Shown: positions 1-12,140 of the stretch, piece by piece
Layout: the number at the start of each line of letters is the position of its first letter
Numbering within the stretch: the stretch's first letter is position 1
Origin: Lama guanicoe
Taxonomy: Eukaryota
Length of the DNA stretch: 64,000 bases
NCBI GenBank assembly: GCA_013239625.1
Contig: MU053652.1
Span: forward strand, 5,757,902 to 5,821,901
Reading direction: 5' to 3'
Translations under genes and position numbers: made by a program
The notes under the pieces: model-generated
The model's input: only the letters and a program-made list of their open reading frames with translations
Database searches by the model: none
What the model was told of the DNA's origin: nothing

Positions 1-694
1 GAGAATTAAGGAAATCTCACCGAAATTAATAGCTGTTCATACAGTTACACCTTGTCTTGGTTAATTTATCTAGTTACTTTCAAATCATTTTGCTTGAAGA
101 ATCTTAATATGATTTCTGCATTTAGAAAGGGTTAATATTATAAAGGTAATGACCAAATGGCCAGCTTCATGTCTGGTACCTATGAAACTTTCTGTAAATG
201 GGGTATAATTTCATGTATTTGAAAGAGGTTACGTGGGGTCATTTATTCAATCATGTATCAATGCGTGGTTTGGGCTGGGAAATACATCCAACCCCAGAGC
301 AACAGAAGTCATGGTTCTTATCCTTAGGAGCTTGTGGTCCAGGGGGGTTGGTTCTCCAATGTCTATTCAGCTCTCTCACTTTATGAACCTATGGCCAGCC
401 CTATCAAAATGGCAAAGTCAATTTGACTACTTCAGTGGACTGATCAAATTAGGCAGAAAAGCAAAATGAACAGTTAATCAGAACACCCAAACTACATGTA
501 TAAGCTGACACATACCTACATATGTTCCTGCCATTTGATATAAAATATCGAATTATTTATGCCAATTAAAATTCTGTTCTTCTTCCCATACACACAAAAA
601 ACTCACTAATGTTGTTAAATATCTGGAAATTACTAACTCAACTTAAAAATATGGTTTTATTGGCAGAAAAATGATTCATATAAGTATACCCAAT

Positions 695-760
695 AGCTTG
701 CCTAGCACATAATAGGTACATAATTAACAATGTAATGAGCAAATGTTGCTGAATGAAAGC
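695..760 (+). mobile_element. L2 LINE 3' end fragment
   Basis: cctagcacataataggtac...aaatgttgctgaatgaa matches the typical L2 3' terminus. Confidence 0.55.
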
Positions 761-1449
761 AAATAAACCACCATTTCTCTGCAGACTTTATTTTCTAAGA
801 GTCAATAGGACTTTTCTAACAAATTCTTACACTTCTAACGAAATAGGCATTTTAGAAAAGTTATAGTTTGTGTTGGTTAATAAGTCTAGTTAGGTTCAAA
901 TTATTGTTCCTTAAGAGCTTCTATAGCAATTTTCCTGGAAATGCTTAAAGTGATACGTGAAAGCCTTCTCCTGGTGTATCTAAATCCTGTGTTAAAGTGA
1001 CGAGTGTTTTGATGTCCTTTGCACGAAGTGACATAATGTCATTTCTTGTGGAGAGCAATGTGCTGGCTGGTGATTGTTTGTTGGCGGTGAAGTTTCGCTA
1101 GAAGTGTTTTGTGATAGTAACTGGGTATATATTCCTTGGCTTTTAGCTTGAAATGCTCAGTGCAGCTGGGCTGCCAGTTCTTCAAATGAGGGACGCTATT
1201 GTCTTTAAGTTAGAAGCACCCTCCACCAATTTTGAAAGCTTTACACCAAAAAGAGAGTAGACCATCCATGAACCTGCTTTTCTACAGAATCATTTTCTTC
1301 AAATCCCAAGCCTATTTCCACACACTTGCTAATTTAAAAATTGGAATGGGTGTCTACTCCCACGGGCAAAGAGAAGAAATCTATTTATTACAGGTGTCAG
1401 AACTCGATAAGAAATCAGTTTAACTCTTTGGCTGCTGGGTGATTTGTAA

Positions 1450-1650
1450 CAGTGCTTCATCTGTGCCAGTGCAACGTGTTCGAGATGCAACTGTGAAAAG
1501 ATGTACTCCCTGCCCTTAAAGAAGTTAGCGTTGAATATGCAGAAATCGGGGTGTGTGCTGCCATCGGGGAAGACACAGAGCTGGGTGGTGCACAGCACGA
1601 AGGTACCTGAGCCAGCGTGGTAGGGGGTCAGGGAGGCCTTGGGTATCTGT
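1450..1650 (-). mobile_element. L2 LINE fragment
   Basis: tgtgccag...gatgcaactgtgaaaagatgtactccctgcccttaaagaagtta resembles antisense L2. Confidence 0.45.
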
Positions 1651-1699
1651 GTCAGAGCAACCACAAAATGATTTCAGATACGAAAGGGGGAATGCTATT

Positions 1700-1722
1700 C
1701 TTTTTTTTTTTTTTTTTTTTTT
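1700..1722. repeat. Poly-T homopolymer
   Basis: Run of about 22 T. Confidence 0.9.
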
Positions 1723-1778
1723 ATAACATTTCTAATATTGAAATTAGATTCCAAATTTGGAAATAATTTTAAAGATTG

Positions 1779-2020
1779 AGAGGCAGCCTAGCAGTGTGCT
1801 TAAGAACTCAGATTCTGAAGCCAGACTTCTAGCATTACATTCTGAATTTGCCATTTATTAGCTCTAGACACTTAACCTTTCTTATGCTGCAGCTTCCCCG
1901 TTTGTAAAATGGGGATCATGATAACTACCTAACTCACAAGTTTGTGACGAGGATTAAGTGAATTAACATTCACAAAAATCTTCGAACTTACCAAGTACTA
2001 CATGTGTTTGTTAAGTAAAT
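1779..2020 (+). mobile_element. MIR SINE
   Basis: Head ggcagcctagcagtgtgcttaag; core cacttaacct...cagcttccccgtttgtaaaatggggat; tail gaggattaagtga. Confidence 0.85.
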
Positions 2021-3046
2021 ATTGTCATACAGATACAGAAACATTCAAGCACAATTATTTGCCTGTGACCTGTGGAATAACATGTGTTTTCTGTACTCTT
2101 CCAAGTCAGTGAAATTAATTCTGGTGGCCTAAAGCTCCTGTAAAGTGGTATTGAGAAGTGGGTTAAACATTGATTGGCTGTGATCTTATCTAGTGAAATT
2201 ATTTATGTATGTTAATGTATGATATATTATGTATACATATATGTATATTAATGATTTTAAACATTTTTAAGGGATCTTGAAAAATATAAAAGTAACAAAT
2301 ATAAAAGTCTACAGACCTCAGAGTCTAGTACATTTATGATAATAGAAACGGTACTTATGAAGGAAAAAAGCCCAAATTTGGGCTTTAGTAACTTTAAGCA
2401 CCAGTTAACTTGTACTAAGGACATAATACAACTACAAGAATTAATTTAACTGCAATAAAAAATGACAGAAAAATAAGGAAAGCTTCCTTTCCCTTAATTG
2501 CTAGAGCAGGTTATGATAATAATAAAAGAGACTTGAATCTTCTTTTGTACATTTAATCCTCTTGATAAAGGAAACAGATACTTTTTAAAAAAAGTAACTA
2601 GGACATTTTAATAAGGGATCTTTAGTTCTGCTTCAATTACTAATGAACGCAAATTGCAGTTTTGCTCTTTGGACATTTAAAATACATAGAAGTTAAGTAT
2701 TTAGTTTGAAAACACAATAGAGTAATGAGTTTGCTCTTTTTGTTTTTTATCCTCCTGACCAGTGGTGAAATGACTAGTCACTACCAGATCTTCTGTTCAA
2801 AGGCTGAGCTGATTTTAGTTTGTGGATGTTGATCCAAAAGTTATCTGTAGAAAGTCATTCTGCAATTAATTAAGTCGTTGTGCTTGGTATCCTATGGAAA
2901 AAGGACATAGCGTAGGTTTCATGTGGGTGTAAAGGAAAAAGTATACACAATTTGCCAAAATAATACTGCAAGTTTTCTTGTGCTTCTTAAAACTTCCATT
3001 TGTGCCAGTGAACTCAGTAAATTATCTCTAAAAGCTTTTTTTCCCA

Positions 3047-3085
3047 TGTGTGTATGTGTGTGTGTGTGTGTTTGTGTGTGTGTGT
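3047..3085. repeat. (TG)n microsatellite, imperfect
   Basis: Direct reading. Confidence 0.9.
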
Positions 3086-3399
3086 TGTACAAGAGAAGTT
3101 TGGTGGAAACTTGAGCGAAAGATAATTAGGAAAGTTTTAACTAGATGAAGTGAGGAGACATATGCAGGTACATAATAAGTCATAGGAGCCAGTAGTACAT
3201 CAGCCTGAAAAAAGTCCAAATGCATTTTCAGAGACCAAATAGGTTATTCATAACACTTACTCCTAGATGAAAAGGTCACTTTAATAACAGAATTATTCAG
3301 TTTCAGTGTTATCTTTTCAAAGCAATGAGTTCATGATTCTGTAGATAATGGAGAGCCAAGATGGTTTCCTAGGTAGTTTAATGACAGGCTATACATTTG

Positions 3400-4006
3400 C
3401 TAATTGATATAGTATTCATTTGTCTTTGTCAAACTTTGGGCCAACCACTTTTCCCAGGTTGCCTGGGAAGGTATAGGGAAAGGAACATACAGAGCAGACG
3501 AAATGTGGAAGAAAGAACCCTGGGAACTGGAGGTGGCTCTCCATGGCAGAGGCTGAGAAAGGCCATCATCAGGCAAAAGACCCCAAGAAGGCAAAGCTCA
3601 GAGTGACATAAGAGGAAAGCTGTTGCTTCAGGGAAGGGTGCCTGGCGTAACTGATGATGAGGCTCCACTGTCCTAATCCCAGCCCCAGAGCCAGCCCCTC
3701 TGACCGTGGAAGCTCCAACCTCAATGAACTTGGCTGCTGTGTCAATGTCCTTTGAAATGGTGCCGTTTTGGAAGCTGCTGTTAGGGATAAATGAGGCCAG
3801 CGGACATGGGGCTGTCAAGCTGCTGAGGCTCTCTATCTGTTAATATCGATCATCTCAGCTCCACGGCAAAGAATGGTTGCTCAGCAGCTCAGAAGTGATC
3901 CTGACCAGTGAGGGGATGGAAAGGAACTTGGCACAGGCATACATTTTCTGGGGGTGGGGGCAGTGGCAAGAGAGATCCTTCCAGTACAGAGAAGACAGAG
4001 AGGGGC
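3400..4006 (-). pseudogene. ATP5MC2: Processed pseudogene of mitochondrial ATP synthase Fo subunit c, ATP5MC2 (ATP5G2) isoform
   Basis: Minus strand reads ATG TAT GCC TGT GCC AAG TTC from 3944 (MYACAKF, ATP5MC2-type presequence), then FQNGTISKDIDTAAKFIEVGASTVRGAGSGAGI and LFCLMMAFL-like sequence. Intronless, with several frameshifting deletions. The 3' UTR (CCTATACCTTCCCAGGCAACCTGGG...) resembles ATP5MC2 and ends with a decayed polyA signal near 3415-3420. Confidence 0.93.
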
Positions 4007-4644
4007 AATGACAGATTGTTTTAAGATTAACCACGATTTAATGTGCATGATCAATTGCAAGGAAGAGAAATTGAGACATTTAACATTTTGGGGAGGTTGT
4101 TTTTAGTAATTCAAGTATAAGCAGTGATAGTCTAGATTGTATGGCCCACTGGGAAAAAAATAAAGTTATTAGTTCAATAAACATTCTGAAGATAGAATGA
4201 CAAGGTGAAGAAGCTGGGACTAGGGTCTTCCAGGAGGAAATATCTAGTAGTTTGCTGTACTATTTAGGAATAGAAACAGTCAAGAGAAGCCATAGCTAAA
4301 AATGTGATCACTGAAACTATAAAGCCTGGAGAATCCTTTGTGGTGGAATCAAGCACACAGGCAAGAATTAAGCTGTGGGCAGAAATTCTAAAAAAAAGAA
4401 GATCAAACAAAAACAACAACAAAAGGGTAGACTCAAGTAAATCCTAAAACCATTAGTGTTTGCCATCAGAAGAATGTCAAGGGAAAGCAGCTTGACTGCC
4501 ATAGAGATGATTCACTTGAATGAAACAAAAACAACTTGTTACCATGAGGCTGAAAGGAAGATGCACTAGCACTGAAATTCATAGCTTAAATAATCCTTTC
4601 CTTTAGCTGTTTACCTGTTATTGTTGGTTTTCCACTTAACGTAA

Positions 4645-4740
4645 GAACGTAAGCTCCATGAGATCAGGTACCATATCTATTTGGTTCATGGTTATATATC
4701 CATAGAAAAGAAGTTGATAAATATTTATTGAATGAGTAAA
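4645..4740 (+). mobile_element. L2 LINE 3' end
   Basis: gtaagctccatgagatcagg...ataaatatttattgaatgagtaaa. Confidence 0.7.
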
Positions 4741-4832
4741 CAGTTACACACTCTGATCTTCAACAGGAGATAAAATCTGTCCGCTTCCAACAACAAGGTT
4801 GGCCAAAGTCAAAAGCAAATGGCATCCTAGAG

Positions 4833-5009
4833 CAGCCCTGTCCAAGGGAGCATGGTGAAATGTTCTATATATACTGGCCACAGGTGGGCACTTGAAATGT
4901 GTCTAATATACCGAGGAACTAAATTTTAAATTTCATATAATTTTTATTTACTTGAAGTTAAATTTAAATAGCCCTTTGTGGCTAGTGGCTACCATGTTGG
5001 ACGGCACAA
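4833..5009. mobile_element. MER3-like hAT-Charlie MITE
   Basis: cagccctgtccaa...cacttgaaatgtg...aaatttaaatagcc...gtggctagtggctaccatgttggacggcac. Confidence 0.75.
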
Positions 5010-6204
5010 GTGGATAGAAAGACTTCACCCATTAGGAAAACCTGCCTCCCCTGGGCAGATGTAATCTGTATGAGATCAGTAGCTTTGTCAGGAACTAGAA
5101 TCAGACTAGAGTTGGGAAAGGAATCGAGGATCAGCTGTTAGGGCTGTTTTTGTTTTTGTTTTAATCTTTAGCCCAAGGGATAGGAGAAGTCTGCCGAGTT
5201 CAGATGAGGTCCAGGTCACTTCACCAGGCAAGGAGACCAGAGAGGTATTTGGGGCCAAAGCTCTAGCTGATAATAAAGTTTGTTTACTCTGAGGGTCTTT
5301 ATGAACATGAACTCGCTGTGCATGGTAGAGACTCTATGGATGACTAGAAAGAATTCAAGATTTAGGGATTTTAGTCACCTTTCTTTGTATCACAATAAAC
5401 AATAATTGTAGCCAATCATTAAAAAGAGAACTAGGCTTATATGATAAACTCATAACAAGCACTCAGACACCCAGGAACTCACAGTATGGAAAAGCAACAT
5501 CTTTGAATTATTAAAGTACAGCAGAGAGTAAACAAAGTACTTTTATATTTTCAAATATTTATTAAATTAGAGACATATTTGTCACACTTATTCTATTTAT
5601 CTAATTTAGATTAGATTTTGGGTTTTGCTTTATCAGATTTACCTGCTTAGTTGTAGCTTGCTTGGGCAAATGTTAGAATTACTCAGATTTCCTTGAGCTT
5701 TCTGTGACTGAGCCATGGGAGGAGGAGGGAGTTGTTCAGGAGTGTGTTAAATTGACCTTGTATTCAGAATTCACCCAGAGATAATATGTATCAATATCAT
5801 GTATTGAACTGTGTGTAGGAGCAGATGTTTTGCATGTTTCGGGCTACTTTTGGGAATAGTCTCTATTGAAGAAGGGAAAGTACGCTTTGTATCCATTCAT
5901 GTAATTTATGAAAGTGAATAGGGGTGTCTCACAAAGGAAGAATGCTGGGCGGACTATTATATTCAGCAAGATAAAGCGTGCTGTGTGCAAATTCCCAGAG
6001 TCAGCTGGAATAGAAGAGGACAAAGAGATATTAATACATTCCTGGGGAAGGAGATTAGTTCTCTAAAGAGCAAATACGCAAGAAAATAGAGCATTTTCTT
6101 AGGATTTCCTGAAGACTTGGTTCACTTCTCCAGGCTGTTTGTTTTCATTGTTTTTTTATTAGAGAAAATCTTTTGCAAGATTTGCACCACAGGAAAATGT
6201 TTGA

Positions 6205-7233
6205 ATATCAGAATCTTGAGGTTGGGGGATACTTTAAAAGATTATCTAGTCCTATCATCTATATATGATGCTTGAATTAGTTTTGCACAAGCCTCTCCGG
6301 GGACCTCCTAGTCAGGGCTCCAGCACCTCCTGGAGAGAGCAGCCTGTAGCTCCATCCTTGGAGAACTGAGCCATTTCATCCTGGGACACTGAGATGCTCT
6401 TACATAATCTAATTCTGCTGCTTCGTGCCTTCCATTTATTTGTCCTGCTTGTAACTATTGGGTCCAAACAACACCTCCAATTCTTTTTCCCATTAAAGGT
6501 CTTAGGATATTTGAACATGATTATCAGATCTCTAAGGCTAAATATGCCTTATTCCTTCAAGAATCTCTTGAATGTTGTTGATTTGACTGTATGTCTTAGG
6601 TCACTCCTGAGTGTACGCAGTTTGTCCATTCATACTTACACTGCAGTAATTCCAGGGTGGGCTGGGCTGCACAGAGACAAGTGGAGTTTTTGCTTCTTTT
6701 CATATAGATTCTTTCTTCTCCCTTCCCTCCTTCTCCTCCCCCTCTTAATTCTTCCCTCCCCTTCCTTTCTTTCCTCTCCCCTCCCATTCTTCTATACTAC
6801 CTTTATTCATTCATTCCACAAACATTCCATTTACTGTTGATTCATATCAACCTGTCTATAGACTAAAATCTCTAAGCCTTAGTTTCATGGATTGTTACTA
6901 AGCCATCGCTACTATCCATTCAGTAAAAAATAACTGTCCTTTTGGACTTGATTGTCTCGTTTTACATGTATTTCTATTACTTTTCATCTCACTGGATATA
7001 GCCCTTGTTTCTAACCTGTCAGTTCTTTTTCAATCCTGATTCAGTTATCCAATATGGTCATTGGCCTGCCTACAAATCTTCTGATGTCCTCTCTCTAGTC
7101 TCATCCAGGACTTTGATGAGAATGTAAAATGTTAAAACGAATGGAGCCCAGGGAAGAATCCTTCTATGATGTTGGAAACCTAGACCAGATTGATATTACT
7201 CTTTTAGTCAGCACCCTCTGTTGACTATATGTA

Positions 7234-7272
<39 letters not shown>

Positions 7273-7420
7273 ATATAATTTAAAGCTGTTGAAACTGTTA
7301 CTAATCCACCTTAATATTCATGCACTCAGCTCCTACTCCATTTTGTCCGCAAGGACAAATTGAGAGATCTTCTAAAGATCTCTCTGAAAGTGATGTGTGC
7401 TAGGTCTCTACATTTTCTAT
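6205..7420 (-). mobile_element. CR1/L3 LINE relic (RT region to 3' end), interrupted by a pyrimidine tract and (TG)n
   Basis: Minus strand near 7290-7395 gives decayed ...LADKME...RWIS..., resembling the CR1 RT segment DFSKAFDxVSHxILxxKM...RWI. 6205-6260 (agaatc...ggttggggga...atctagtcc) resembles an antisense L3 3' end. Confidence 0.6.
7228..7278. repeat. (TG)n/(TA)n microsatellite
   Basis: Direct reading. Confidence 0.9.
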
Positions 7421-8435
7421 AACCCTAGGAATTATACCGAAGAAGGAAGTGACATTTTACTGTTATTCTTCCCTCTTGAAATTGTTGTGTCATCCTCTGT
7501 TTAGCATATTTCTTCTTAGGCAAGGAAACCCCTTTGATTCCCCAATAGACACATAAGAATGAGAAAAGGATATTGGAAAAAGTTGAACATTCAGATAATT
7601 ATTAGAAATGGTAATGGCATTTTATGGGAGTACAAAACATAATATCAAAATGCTTAGACTATCAAGTGAGATCCCCTAATTTCTAATCAGCAAAGGACTT
7701 GGAATAATTGATGTTTTTGTTAAAACAAATCAGAATCTCCAAACCTCTGCTAATGATTATTTCTTAAGGTTTTTCTTATGTCTTCCAAAGAACTGAAAAT
7801 ACTTAAAATCATCATATACACTGATGTCATGAAACTTTAGGAAGTTTATACACATTTTGGTCAAAATAGATAAGGTGCCCAAAGAATCCTTCGATAACGA
7901 TAAACCCTTGTAGAAAGGTGTATGCAAATGAGTGAGTTGGATATTACAATGATGGATGGAACTGAAGAATTACGAGATCACTTTTTGTCTTTTCCTCTGG
8001 GTAGGGCTGTATTCATTGTGCAACTAAACCTTTTAAGACAGAACCAGCTGAACAAATACTGTCCTCTATATTTATAGTAACACAGGAGCTAATTTCCTAT
8101 AAAGATACTGCTGTTTCCTCCTTACTTGAGTTGACAGATTTTCTCTGTGACCAGTGTGACTGTGCCTTAGATGGCATTATTCAGGTGATTGAGTTTTATA
8201 TTAAATTACATTCTACATGTGTAGTCATTTAAATAATGTAGACATTTTTGTTGAGTTTCATATTTGTATTTCCAGTTCTGTAATTGGAACCATGGAAAGT
8301 TTAAAATGTCACAGTCTTCAAACATTACTGTGGTAAATCTTTAATATATAACTATAGAAAGGAATTTAATATAAGCCAGGACAAAAAGAGGTTTCCAAGT
8401 TACAAAATTTTTTTTGGAAGGGTAGATTTCATTGG

Positions 8436-8437
<2 letters not shown>

Positions 8438-8471
<34 letters not shown>
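8438..8471. repeat. (TG)n microsatellite
   Basis: Perfect run of about 16-17 units. Confidence 0.95.
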
Positions 8472-8473
<2 letters not shown>

Positions 8474-9659
8474 CTAATACAGAGAGAAAATGAGAAAATC
8501 ATCTAAACTTGTATATTTTTAAATGTCCATGATAATTGCTATAGTGTGTCACTATTTGGACCTTCAAAAAATGTTCTGATACTCCCTGACTTGTACATCT
8601 TATGTTGTTTGTCCATCTGGATTGAGTAGAAACTAGTAGTTTTTATTAATTCCATTAAAGATGTGACTGGATAGTCATAAGAAAGGAAGGAGATAAAATG
8701 AAATCTTCATAGGTGGAAAATAGCAAATACAGCTATGATTTTGTTTCAACATTTTGTTAAGGGCTTACATTCTTAGAATTTTCAGAAGCTAAAATGAATG
8801 TTATTTTATTTTTTGTTATAATTAACTCATGTGCATGGAGCCCACTAGAGACCATTTATTGAAGTTATTAGAAATCCTGAGCTCCCAAATAAAAATGTCA
8901 GAAGATATTGCCCTGTTCTACACTGCGTTACAGAACAGATGCTTTCCCTATGGGTGACAGCATTAGTATTAAAGTTGAGGGAAGTTATATGCTACTCCCG
9001 CCTTCATCCAAGATTCCTAGCATGAAGGGACGTTGCAGTCACCATAAACTTGATAAAAAGTTATACCAAATCAGTTTTTTTTTCCAGCACTTCACAAACT
9101 ACAATTTAAAAATCAGGATGGAAACTAAAAAATGACCACAGCAGGTCCCAGTAATGTAACTTCTACCATCCTCTCTTGTCCTCTAAATGTAAATTATGTT
9201 TTCTCTCTTAAAAGTCTCCCCCAGTATGCCTCAAATCTCAGGATTGGAATTCATGTTTATGAAGAGAAACCTCTCTTGGCCTGACCCCTTCCTGCTGACT
9301 GCAGTGCACTCTTCTCTGGTCTGATTGGCTCCATCAGTTGGACTGATTTATTCTCATCATATGGGTAAATGCTATCCCATGGGAGAAGGCCTCTTCCAAG
9401 TATAGAGGGTGAATGTTTTCAAACCAAGTGGAGATATTTTTGTTTCATTAGCAGCTGTAGAATTACACGGTGGATTATGATGTTGGGCTGTGTTACAGTT
9501 CGAAGGATGGGGCTTCCAACCTGTGGGATCTCAGTTTTGAGGCATCTGAACTTTGAGTCCTCCTCGTGGTTACCGCATTGTCCAGGTTAGTGTTTTTTTT
9601 AACCAGAATTGCACTTCACAATAAGCTGGGAAGCAAGCCCAAATTCACATCTGTATCTA

Positions 9660-9833
9660 CTGCATTTTATCAGTTCCAGGATGTACAGTTTTTTATATTT
9701 TCTCATTTCTGAACTCTGGATGCACTTTTCATTAGTTTAGTCCTGGTGTACTTGTAGAATTTTCTTTCTTAGTGGTACCTGAAATAATGGTGCATCTTCT
9801 AATCAATGGCATCTTAAAGTCAATGAAATTTGG
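9660..9833. mobile_element. MER104-like TcMar DNA transposon relic
   Basis: ggatgcac...tttctttcttagtggtacctgaaataatggtgcatctt...atcaatggcatcttaaagtcaatgaaat; degenerate terminal inverted repeats. Confidence 0.6.
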
Positions 9834-9964
9834 ACTATATCAGAATCTTTGAGGGAGCAGGTGGCTCACTGCATGAATTTTACAAAAGGTCTCCAAGTGA
9901 GTCTGATGCACATTGCTGGCCATAAATACCTTGAACTGGTTCTTGATATATCTCTCCTGTTAAC

Positions 9965-10225
9965 AATACTAATAAACTGATCACTGCCGTACATGGATTT
10001 TTTTCCCCTGCCAGGTACTGGGTTAAGCACTTTCCATATTTTCATCTCATTTAATTCTCATAACATATCTATTGGATAAGTATTATTATCTTCACTAAAT
10101 GGATTAAGAAACTGAGGCTTAGAGAAATGAAGTAACCTGCCCATGGACAGGTTATAAATATTAGTAGAAGAGCCAGGATATGAACCCAGGTGGTTTTGAC
10201 TCCAAAGCTCTAGCCAGGACATTAT
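9965..10225 (-). mobile_element. MIR SINE
   Basis: catttaattctcataaca...aagaaactgaggcttagagaaatgaagtaacctgccca...gagccaggatatgaacccagg. Confidence 0.9.
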
Positions 10226-10229
10226 ACAG

Positions 10230-10416
10230 CAGTGGTTCTTAAAATACGGTCTGCAGACTAGCAGCATCAGCATCCTTTAGGGACATGACAGAAATGCAAA
10301 TTTTAGGGCCTTACCCCAGATCTAAGGAATGAGAAACTCTGAAAGCAGGTCTCAGTAACATGTTTTAACATGCCCTCCAGGTTATTGTGATGCATCCTAA
10401 GATTGGAGAACCACTG
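10230..10416. mobile_element. MER5A hAT-Charlie MITE, full length
   Basis: Terminal inverted repeats CAGTGGTTCT (10230) and AGAACCACTG (ends 10416); internal agcagcatcagcatc, agaaatgcaaatt. Confidence 0.9.
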
Positions 10417-11939
10417 CTCGAGAGCATAGGAGTCTCTGGCAACCGAAACAGGAGGCATTGCTATTAAAGATAGGGCCTAATAAAGTTTATTGGATAGCTG
10501 GCTAGCTCATATTGTAATCCTAAAATAATGCCATATTTGCAAGGTTGACTAAGCTTTTAGTTGCTTAATAACAAATAAAATTGCATTTGCTCAAATGTGC
10601 TTTAATTATAGCTCCCAGTAGGCAGAGCTATGGTAACAAAATATACTAGGCTCTAATGTTTTTTGCATAATGAGCATATTCAAAGCATTCAGCACAAATG
10701 GATTACAATTCCCCATATTAGATGGGAACGCTCTAGGAGGACCACAAGCCTTTCTTTGGTCTGACATCCTCTCGGTCTCAATCTTAGTCTAATCCTATTA
10801 TTTCCTTTCTTCAAAAGTATAGCATGTAGTATCTTTGTTCCTGAGAGGAAAGGACGAACTAACAAGATCCCTCCTTGTATTACCCTGGGTTGATAGATTG
10901 GTTAAATCTAGCATTTGTAATGCAGATAGAAATAAACAGTTTCTGAACAAAAGCTGATTAAAGAATTTAGCTGAAAAACAAAGAACTTGCTTGCTTAGTG
11001 GGAAAAAAAAAACATTGATTGACATTAAGGAATTAAGCATCCCAAATGGATAAATACATCTGATTCCAAGAAAAAAAAGGCAGTTTAAAAAATAATATAC
11101 CAAAGGTGACAAAGTGTAGAGATGCCTGGTGAATGTAATTATGTCTACCTAACATCAGTACAACCGTTTGAAAAGCACAACATTCAAATTGTATTTTTTT
11201 TTGTGCTCTGCATGGTGCAAAAAAGCAATTTGATTTTTTTTCCACTAAATTGACTGGTTTTTGAATGCATTATTTGACCCACCATATCGTATTATCCATG
11301 GCATTTCCCAGATGACTGAACTAAGTAGATGTCTTATTGTTGTTTTTTCTGATAGACATGTATGGGGATGAAGATAGTGATAATTGGAAAAGAGGAAAGC
11401 ATAGCATTTGTAACTCGGGAGTGGAGATTTTTGAAGCATGAGTGGTCTTCAGCCTAGAAGACCTAGGTGTTTGGCTGCAGTGACCTGAAGGCCCTGTCTC
11501 TACCTCCGCAGGCTTGCACACACTTACTAGCACAGATTGGTGCCTTATAGATAGGGGCAAAAGGGGCCAGGGTCTTGTTGCAAATCCTGAGATGCTCCCT
11601 TTCTGATCGCTGTTTCTAACTTTTCTCTGATATGTGACTTGAATCTGAAAATGGGCCCTGATTTCTACCCAAGAGCTGTTTCCTCTTTGGTTTTTCTGCC
11701 TTAAATGTGTCTCTGGACTCCTGCCTGATGTACCCTGTGCCCCTGCCGAGCTTGGATTTAAGCACTGTGAGCCCAGACGGCTTGTCCCAGGCTTGACCCT
11801 TGCCTACAACATTCAGTTTGGCCAGCTTCTTGGAACTTAGCCCTCTTCATAGACTTGTTGTGGGGGGTGCTGTTTAAGTGCATCTACTAAGGCTGACCTG
11901 AAATTGAGGCCCCGTCAGTAATTCAGTAATTGTGAGATC

Positions 11940-12140
11940 TCGAGTCACTCCTCTCTGAACGTCAGTTTCCTCATCTGTTTTATATCCAGTGGTATGTATA
12001 CATTTGTGTGTGTGTGTGTGTGTGTGTGTTTTAATAAATCAAGAAATGCTGATGAAAGCAAAATAGGATAATATGTTTAAGACACTTATCAATATCTAAT
12101 ATATGGATTAAGTGTTCAACACATGTTCCCCATTATTATT
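11940..12140 (+). mobile_element. MIR fragment with an internal (TG)n at 12006-12028
   Basis: tctctgaacgtcagtttcctcatctgt core; tail ggataatatgtttaagacactta. Confidence 0.6.

Noticed and set aside
3429..3818. 129-aa ORF as a functional ATP synthase subunit c
   Set aside because: Frameshifted relative to the parent, real start codon out of frame, conserved glutamate region deleted
6394..6840. 148-aa hydrophobic ORF
   Set aside because: Antisense to a CR1/L3 relic plus a low-complexity pyrimidine tract; no recognisable protein
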